Part shown: piece after piece, positions 55,301 to 64,000 of the stretch | Layout of the letters: the number at the start of each line of letters is the position of its first letter | Numbering within the stretch: position 1 is the first letter of the stretch | Made by a program: the position numbers and the translations under genes | The notes under the pieces: generated by a model | Databases searched by the model: none | What the model saw: only the letters and a program-made list of their open reading frames with translations | Told to the model about the DNA's origin: nothing | Source of the DNA: Amoebidium appalachense | Lineage: Eukaryota > Protista > Ichthyosporea | Assembly: GCA_963693365.1 (NCBI GenBank) | Contig: CAVNZM010000014.1 | Span: 4,154,001 to 4,218,000 of the forward strand | Direction of reading: 5' to 3' | DNA: 64,000 nucleotides

Positions 55301-58300
55301 AAATCTAACCTGATGCTATTCTTTAACTAGTGTTTGGCGGAACCAATTTGCGTGTATTTTTTAGAACAAGTGTAATGAGTTCTTGCTTTGGTGTGTGTTG
55401 GGACGCCTCCATGGTAACTGCTGGTCTATTTGATATTCAGAGCCTTGCACGGGTGCCTGCACCATGGGCGGGTGGGGGCAGGGTGCTGACAGGCAGTGGG
55501 GCAGGAGGGGGAGGCCAGTGAGTGGGTGCAGGCGGGCCTGGACCCCTCCCAGAGAGCAGCCCTGCAGAGGGCCCTCAGTGCCGACCACCTGGCCCTGATC
55601 CACGGTGGGTGTGTGGTGTGTGTGGGTGTGTGTGGAGAGGAGGGGAGGGGGGGGGGGGGGGGGGGGATGTTGATGTGTGTATGTGTGTACAGGGCCGCCA
55701 GGGACCGGCAAGACGACCACGCTGATAGGTAGGGCACGGTGGGTGGCTGCATGTGGCTGGGGCTGACGGCATTGCAGCCCTGGTGCAGGCCCTGGTGGAG
55801 CGCAACAGGGCAGTGCGCCTGCTGGCCTGTGGGCCCTCAAATGCCGCCGCAGGTGGGGGCCTGCGCCCAGTGTACAGTAGAGGGCCCACTATCTGGGCCT
55901 GACCACACCCACGCCCCAGACAACCTGTGTGAGCGGCTGGTGGCAGCCGGCATCAGCTGTGTGCGGGTGGGCCATCCGGCAAGGCTGCTGCCCAGTGTGC
56001 TGGCCCACTCCCTAGACAGGTGCGTGGCTGGCCACAACCAAGTAGGCACCTGCTGACAGGCATGCAGTGTGGTGCATGGGCCATATCTGATTGGCATGCA
56101 GTGTGGTGCATAGGCCATATCTGATTGGCATGCAGTGTGGTGCATAGGCCATATCTGATTGGCGTGCAGTGTGGTGCATAGGCCATATCTGATTGGCATG
56201 CAGTGTGATGCATAGGCCATATCTGATTGGCATGCAGTGTGGTGCATAGGCCTTATCTGATTGGGATGCAGTGTGGTGCATAGGCCATATCTGATTGGCA
56301 TGCAGTGTGGTGCATAGGCCATATCTGATTGGCATGCAGTGTGGTGCATAAATCACTGCATGTGGTGCATAGGCCATATTTGATTGGCATGCAGCGTGGT
56401 GCATAGGCCATATCTGATTGGCATGCAGTGTGGTGCATAGGTCATATCTGATTGGCATGCAGTGTGGTGCATAGGCCAGATCTGATTGGTCTGCAGTGTG
56501 GTGCATAGGCCATTTCTGATTGGCATGCAGTGTGGTGCAGGGCAGATCTGATTGGTATGCAGTGTGGTGCATAGGCCATATCTGATTGGCACGCAGTGTG
56601 GTGCAGGGCAGATCTGATTGGTATGCAGTGTGGTGCAGGGCAGTGATGGGGCAGCAGTAGTGAGGGACATACGGAGGGAGATGGATGCCCTGCTGCGGTC
56701 TATAGCCAGGGCCAAGGGTAGGCAGTCAGATGGGCCAGGCCCATGCAGGGGCTGACGGGGGGCTGCAGGGGCCCGGGGGGCGCTGTGGGGGCAGTACCGG
56801 GCACTGCGCAGCGAGCTGCGACAGAGGGAGCAGGGGGCTGTGCAGGCCACATTGCGGGCATGCACTGTGGTTGTGTGCACCGCCACAGCCGCAGCATCAA
56901 GGGTATGGGCACCCACATGGCTGGGGTGTGGTGGGTGCTGACAGGCAGGGCAGACACTGGCTGGACTGCACTTTGACTATGTGCTGGTGGATGAGGCCCC
57001 ACAGGCAGTCGAGGCAGAGTGCTGGATCCCTGCCCTGAAGGTATGGCACACAGGGGCACTGGTGGCAGAAACAGGGTTAGGAAGACTCAATCGGATGCCA
57101 AGGGCATGTTTCAGAGGGTCTACAAGATGTAGAGTGGTAGCACGATTGTTAGCAGCCACCTGGCAGGGCCTCGTAAACATTATTTTTTCTGTCAATCTCT
57201 CTTGATTTTAGCATCCTGCCAAGAAGATATCGAACCCATCATTGCCACCATGCCCCCACCTGGCACGAATCAATGGTGACAACATCGCACCACAGTCAAA
57301 TCACCTGTGTGGCCATAATGTGCAGGCCTTCAAAAGCAAACACATGCACAAACGGTCTTGTAGTTTGCAGGCACGAAGTCCCAACCATCAACGAGACTAG
57401 GTGTGTGATGACTGGACTGTGTCTCCTCTGGCTGGCATGATATTCCGTGGAATGCACATGCTATGCCCATCGGTGCTTAGCGCAAAACCTTTACTTTCAT
57501 ATGTTTCCACGGTGAAATCAACCCAAACAGTGATATCTGCTGTGTCTTTCAATTGCAATCCCTCAAAGAACCCCCAGGTGGTGGGTAGGACTCCTACCAG
57601 CCTACCATGCACAGACCATACGGCATACACCATTCTCATCGGATTTAGCTTTTCCTCTAGTTCTCTTCCTCCGCCACAGACGGATGTGCGTAGGGGCTAA
57701 CAGCCACAACCCCATGCACGGGGGCCGCCCTGCTGGCCAATACCTGATATTAACCCCATGCTGGCCACACACCTGTTAATAACCCCATGCTGGCCACACA
57801 CCTGTTATTAACCCCATGCTGGCCACACACCTGTTAATAACCCCATGCTGGCCACACACCTGTTATTAACCCCATGCTGGCCACACACCTGTTAATAACC
57901 CCATGCTGGCCACACACCTGTTATTAACCCCATGCTGGCCACACACCTGTTAATAACCCCATGCTGGCCACACACCTGTTATTAACCCCATGCTGGCCAC
58001 ACACCTGATATTAACCCCATGCTGGCCTCACACCTGATATTAACCCCATGCTGGCCACACACCTGATATTAACCCTTTGCTGGCCACACACCTAATATTA
58101 ACCCCTAGCCGTTCGCCGATGCATTTTTGCATCATTTTCAAAAATAAATGCATCAGCGACCTTCGAAAATAAATAGCGCCTGATTCGTAATATTTCTGCC
58201 TAACTTAGTATATGTTTTCTACTTTCGAAAAACCCCAAAAACGTCGGGGTCGACCATGTTTTTCTGTTTCTCGTGGGTGTTTTGCCTAACTGTGTTTATA

Positions 58301-59940
58301 TTTTGACCGAGCGAGCCCCCAATTTTCGAAGGCTGGCGGCAAGAGGATGCCCGGGATTCACGGATTCCAACCCTTGCATCGATCGGCAGATAAGTGCATC
58401 AATCCGATTTGCTAAGATCTTTACAGGGATTCATATTACGTAACTGTCTTGAAAGAAACCCCGCCGCGGCTGGCAAAATCGACACAAATCACGTGTTCAT
58501 AACACGTGCGGACACATAGGAACATGCCGTTTTTTTTTTATGGGACACAAAGAAAGACATATTTACATGTGCTTGGTGCATTTTTGTCCACTTTGGCCGC
58601 CTTTAATGATTTTTTTTCTATTTTTCAAAGCTGGTCGATTTTCCCTCCGGGCGAATGGCTCGGGGTTAACCCCATACTGACCACATCTACCCCCAGGGCC
58701 GGCGGCTGATACTTGCCGGGGACCATCTGCAGCTGGTGGGTGGGGCAGCAGGGGGCCTGGGCCCTGGGGGTGTGCTGACGGGCAGGCACAGGGCCCCACC
58801 ATCAAGTGTGCTGCTGCGGCCTCAGGGGGGCTGGCCACGACCCTGTTTGAGCGCCTAGTGGCCCTGTGGGGGGACAAGGTGGAGGGGGTGCTTGGGGGTT
58901 TTGGGGAGTGGGGAGGGTGGTGCATGGGCATTTTGTTGCTGACAGGGGCCACCAGGTACGCACGCTGCTGACGGTGCAGTACCGCATGCATGCAGACATC
59001 ATGGCCTGGAGCAGCAAGGAGCTCTATGGGGGCCGCCTGATGGCCCATGGGTGGGTGCCTCTGAGCCACACCGGCAGCCTGGGCCGGGGCTGACGGGCAG
59101 GCAGGTCTGTGGCCGGGCACGTGCTGGCCGACCTGCCGGGAGTGCAGCGCTGTGACGAGACAGAGGCGGCATGTGTGCTAGTCGACACGGCAGGTGCGCA
59201 GGGGGGGAGGGGGTGAGCCGTGCAGGGGCAGACCAGGGGGGGGGGGGGGGGCAGGGTGCGAGCTGGTGGAGACACCGGGGGAGGACGACGAGTCAACGGT
59301 GCGGTCCTGGAGGTGATGGGGGGGGGGGGGGGGGGGGGGGGGAGTTGCTGACTTTGCTGCAGGCCAACCACGGGGAGGCCGAGGTGGTGGCGGCCTATGT
59401 TGCCCGGCTGCTGGATGCCGGTGTGCAGGCCAGCCAGGTGGGGGGGGGGGGGGGAGGGGTGGCTGGGTGGGGAGGTGGGCTGGGCTGTGGCTGATCGGGC
59501 TGCAGGTGGCGGTGCTGTCGCCGTACAGCGCACAGGTGGTCGTGCTGAAACAGCTGCTGAAAGGCCACAGCGGCATAGAGATAGGCACTGGTAGGTCCGT
59601 CCCGGCGACCTGGGGGGGGGGGGAGGGGGGGGGGGGGGCTGATGTGTTTGCAGTGGACGGGCTGCAGGGGCGGGAGAGGGAGGTGGTGGTGGTCAGCCTG
59701 GTACGCTGCAACCCACAGGGCACCGTGGGCTTCCTGGCCGACTGCCGCCGCCTCAATGTGGTGCGCCTGAATTCAACTCCCCATGCACAATTGGCAGCGC
59801 AGGGGACTGACTGGGGCTGCAGGCCGTGACCAGGGCCAGGAGGCAGTGCTGCCTGGTGGGCGACACAGACACCGTGGCAAGGGTGCCCTTCATCCGCCGC
59901 CTGACAGACCACTTTGCTGACTGCGGTACATGCCTGCTTA

Positions 59941-59976
<36 letters not shown>

Positions 59977-60176
59977 GGCTGACCGGGTGGTGCAGGCATG
60001 CTGCGCAGTGCGGCCGAGTTTGTGTGACTTGGGCCGTGCAGGCCAAGCAGTGGGTAAAAGAGGAGGGGCGGGGAGACAGCACCGACCCCGAGGCACATGG
60101 TGGCCCCACAGACTCAATGCAAGCCTGGCAGCCTCCTGTGGGCCGCATATGTGCATGGGTCAGCACCCGGGCATGA
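51378..60176 (+). CDS. IGHMBP2: SF1 Upf1-like helicase, IGHMBP2/SMUBP-2/Hcs1 type (multi-exon)
   Basis: [102 protein letters not shown]. Confidence 0.92.
53557..53925. repeat. 28-bp intronic minisatellite
   Basis: ggggcacaccatatatttgctagttacc, about 13 copies. Confidence 0.9.
56060..56638. repeat. 34-bp intronic minisatellite ending at the 3' splice site
   Basis: gcatgcagtgtggtgcataggccatatctgattg, about 17 copies. Confidence 0.9.
57735..58101. repeat. ~29-bp intronic minisatellite
   Basis: ttaaccccatgctggccacacacctgtta, about 12 copies. Confidence 0.9.
58102..58665. mobile_element. Non-autonomous piggyBac-like element
   Basis: TTAA on both sides (58098-58101, 58666-58669), TIRs cccctagccgttcgcc / ggcgaatggctcgggg, AT-rich interior. 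Confidence 0.8.
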
Positions 60177-60767
60177 CAGCGCTGCCCCACACATGCGGCG
60201 CTTCCCGGCAGACAGATGAATGCCCAATATATCTGGTGGTCCGGGTATTTGTGCCCCACACATATGCATCAGTGCCTTGCATTTCGATTATTGCTGATGT
60301 TATGTCTCGCATTAGCTGGCTTTGTGCCCATATGTTATCCTCGGATGTTGGCCTTTTTAATGACGACAGATTCTAAGCTAGGGAGGGCAAGCAGCTATTT
60401 TTTCAAAGGAGCAGAGGGTTATGGTCTCACTGTGCCCAACGGCCATGCCAACACATACAAAATCGATGCTGTGCCCCACATATGAATACCTAAGTGTCCT
60501 GCATCTTGACTGAGTTTTCCGCACACATACAACCTACGTGTTCGATGTGGCCACATATCTTGAGGTGCCTATAAACTTGCTGGCTCTTGAGTCCCGACTA
60601 GAGAGGCCGGGCAAAAGCCCTAGGGCCATGTGTGGCCACGTAGGTAGGGCTGGCTGTCTGCACCACTAGTAGCACTGTATCTAGTGTTAGGATACAGTCG
60701 GTGCTAGGTGGAAGATAGTACATAGCCCCTGCCAGCAACACAGGGGCTCTCCTCTACACCAGGGACA

Positions 60768-60822
<55 letters not shown>

Positions 60823-61715
60823 TTTCTTTCTCCCTCTCTCACTCTTTCTTTTTTTCTTTTTTTTTTCCTTTCTTTTTTTGATTTTTTTTTTTTTTTGATG
60901 GTGGTAGTGTTGGGGGGGGGGGGGGGAGGGTCGTAAAGACTGCGCACAGTGAGTGCACATGTTCCACATATCTATTCGTACTTCACTCGGAGTTTACATA
61001 TCTGTTTGTGCTTGCTTGCATGGTCAAAGCTCATACCTACGTGTGCATTAGCGCATATATTGTTTTCAGTCGTGGCACTCGACACATCACATGGTTTACT
61101 CGTATAAGCATGGCTCGAGCTCGTTCGTTGCTGTGGCATGTAGGGAACAGCCACGCCTGCTACCGAGGTATCAATGTCTTGCGGCGCTTGATGGGTGGGA
61201 CGGAGATACTAATACTCCCGTCGAGATACGATCACCCGAGGGATCCTTTCGTGGGCCAGAACACCCGAGGTTTGATCGCAATACACCCGAGGTTTCCTAG
61301 CCATAGACCAGAACACCCGAGGTTTGATCGCAATACACCCGAGGTTTCCTAGACCAGAACACCCGAGATACACCCGAGGTTTCTGGACCGAAAATTTTGA
61401 ACACCCGAACTCAGAACAGCCGCTCTGGACGGACTTTTCTGTGTGTGTCAGACTTAGTAGCTGTGCAGGCGGACGCTATTGTAGCCTACAGCGTGTACCA
61501 TAGGACGAGTGGTTTGAGTGCCCGCCTCAACAACACTGCAATACAGTAGCATAAACCCAGTGTAGACCCAGCACTAGCACCCAGCACTAGCACCCAGCAC
61601 TAGCACCCAGCACTAGCACCCAGCACTAGCACCCAACACTAGCACCCAGCACTAGCACCCAGCACTAGCGCTGAGCAGAACAACCTCCCCTTTAGTTTTA
61701 GGGCAACAGCCAGGG

Positions 61716-62036
61716 ATGGGGAAGATGGGCCGCACTGTGGTGGTGGCCGTGGACGGGTCGCCCTGCAGCCGCCAGGCGTTTGAATGGGCCCAGGCCAATG
61801 TGTTGCGGCCAGGGGATGCTGTGCTGCTGCTGCACGTGTTTCCACACTTTGTGGAGCTGGACGAGCAGGCAGGTGTGTGTGTGCTTGGAAAGCTGTCTTA
61901 TGCGTGCATAGGTGTTTGTGTGTGTGTCCTTGTGTCTCTGTGTGCGTGTAGGTGTGGACGGGTGTTTTTTGCCCTTAATTTTTTCCTTTCGCTCTGTGTG
62001 TGTGTGTGCGCCAGCGCACGCGCGCCCGCACGCGAC

Positions 62037-62128
<92 letters not shown>

Positions 62129-62514
62129 CGTGCGTGCGTGTGTGTGTTGTGTTTGCATTTACGTGTGTGTGTGTGTGTTGTGTGTGCTTGTGTGTGCATG
62201 TGTGCATGCGTGTGTCTCACAGTGTGCGTGTATGTCGTTGATCTGTTTGTTCGAGTTCCTATGAAGTATGGGACGGGAAAAATTATACCTGAGGAGGGAT
62301 TTCTTCGTATGTGCAAGGTTGTGTCTGTAGTTTCAACCTCAAGTGAGTGTGACTGTGCTTGTGCACCTGTGTAACACGTATGAGCTGTGTGCATGTGTGT
62401 GTGTCGTGTGTGTGTGTGTGTGTAGTGTGTGTTTTTGTGTGTGTGTGTGTGTGCGTGTGCACGTGCTCATGTGTTCATGTTCGTGTGTGTGTTTACTTGT
62501 TTGTGTTGGGTGGG

Positions 62515-62547
<33 letters not shown>

Positions 62548-62639
62548 TACGCACGCGCATGGCCCGCCCGCATGTGTGTGCGTGTGCTTGCGTGTGCACG
62601 TGCTTGTGTGTGTTCTTGCATGTGTGGGTAGGTGGGTAG

Positions 62640-62690
<51 letters not shown>

Positions 62691-64000
62691 CGCGCGTGTG
62701 TGTACGTGAGTGCGTGTGTGCATGTGTGCTTGTGTGTAGTGTGTGTTTGTGTGCGTACACATTTGTATGGGTGCGCGTCTGCACGTGTCCGTGTCTGCTT
62801 GTGTGAGTGTGTGCGGGGAAAGGGGGAGGGGGGGGGGTGGGGAGGGGAAGGGGGGAGGAGGGGGAGGAGGGTGATATAGACCGTGCGAGTGTTTTTTTTT
62901 TTTTTTGCCTGTGTTATAGAACACAGCTCACTCAACGACTATGGCGGGAGGTCTCACTGGCATGCATGGAACGTGCCCTGCATGACAATACCAAGAAATG
63001 GACATCCCATATATGGTAATACCCAATTAGCACGCTCAATTATTGTCGGCTTTGTTCGGCCGTGAGCCTAACAATATCTGCGTTGAGTCCGTTATTGGTG
63101 GTGGGTGTGCATGTGGGTGTGAGCCCTGGGCCTCCAGTGTTTGTCCCTATGCACGTCTGCTCATATGCACACTCTTTTTTCTTTCTTTCCTCTGTGTGCG
63201 TGTGTGTGTTTGTGTGAGTGTTTGCCTGCACCCGTACCTAGGTGTGTTTGTGTCCGTGTGTGTGTTTTTTGTATGTATGTGCTTGTGTATGTGCGTGCAT
63301 TTTGCACCTTTCACTGTGTCTGTGGAGTTGGCATTAGTGGGGCCATGGCCCATGCTGTGCTGACACACTGTGGGGCAGGGCGCACGGTGGCTGTGAGCTG
63401 CAGCGACAGCAGTGTGCAGGAGGTAGGCATTGGGTGGTGCTGGCTAGGAGGTAGGCATTGGTTGGTGACTGCTGACTGGCAGATAGGCATTGGTTGGTGC
63501 CGGTAGAAGGTAGGCATTAGTTGGCGCTGATAGGAGGTAGGCATTGGGTGGTGCTGATAGGAGGTAGGCATTGGTTGGTGCTGATAGGAGGTAGGCATTT
63601 TTGGTGCTGATAGGAGGTAGGCATTGGTTGGTGCTGGCTAGGAGGTAGGCATTGGTTGGTGCTGATAGGAGGTAGGCATTGGTTGGTGCTGATAGGAGGT
63701 AGGCATTGGTTGGTGCTGATAGGAGGTAGGCATTGGTTGGTGCTGATAGGAGGTAGGCATTTGGTTGGTGCTGACTGGGGGCAGGCTCTGGACAGGACGG
63801 TGGATCTGCTGCAGGGCATGAAGGCGGCCTGTGAGGCCATGGGGGTAGGTGCCTGGGCCGTCTGGTTCTCTCACACTCTCTCTCTCTCTTTTTTTTTTTT
63901 TTTTTTTTTTTTTTGTTTTTTTTTTGTTTTTGTTTTTTTTTTTTTGTGGGGGGGGGGGGGGGGGGGGGAGGTTGCAGTGCAAGTACAGGGCTGGCAGCCG
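61716..64000 (+). CDS. Universal stress protein A-like protein (runs off window)
   Basis: [36 protein letters not shown] is the canonical USP N-terminus; further exons near 63379-63422 and 63785-63844. Confidence 0.85.
63423..63784 (+). repeat. Intron made of ~13 copies of a 27-bp splice-signal-containing unit
   Basis: Unit gtaggcattggttggtgctgatag-gag. Confidence 0.85.

Noticed and set aside
53557-58101. 28-34-bp repeat arrays as CRISPR arrays
   Set aside because: Head-to-tail units with no unique spacers, no cas genes, and located in eukaryotic introns.
61255-61670. acacccgagg and 13-bp cccagcactagca repeats upstream of USP as a regulatory system
   Set aside because: Indistinguishable from the abundant simple tandem repeats in this genome.

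Overview
This is eukaryotic genomic DNA in two parts. Positions ~1-18,174 hold the right-hand portion of an integrated, intronless, gene-dense Polinton/adintovirus-like dsDNA virus. It encodes a double-jelly-roll major capsid protein, an A32/FtsK-type packaging ATPase, a penton-like minor capsid protein, a coiled-coil fibre, an rve/DDE integrase, a phage-Dam-type N6-adenine methyltransferase, a 7-TM membrane protein, a probable SSB and several ORFans. It ends in a structured terminus (CATAT repeats, a 73-nt hairpin, GTAGTACTAC). No DNA polymerase, protease or helicase is visible, and these presumably lie left of the window. Positions ~18.2-64 kb are host DNA of a GC-rich, probably opisthokont-like microbial eukaryote (inference). 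Its genes have many short introns (CTGAC branch points) and poly-G/C, (CA)n and minisatellite-filled introns. Host genes seen: SURF6/Rrp14, gamma-glutamyltransferase, an unknown gene, mitochondrial uL15, a BAR-RhoGAP, a GT4-like glycosyltransferase, a C1orf53/DUF5522-Dph6-like fusion, an IGHMBP2-like helicase and a universal stress protein, plus small non-autonomous DNA transposons. The most novel-looking signals are viral: a family of proteins sharing one N-terminal anchor with swapped C-termini, an apparent two-class promoter system with KEN-box early proteins, a 7-TM protein and the terminal hairpin. All calls come from motif recognition by eye without database searches. Host exon boundaries are approximate.
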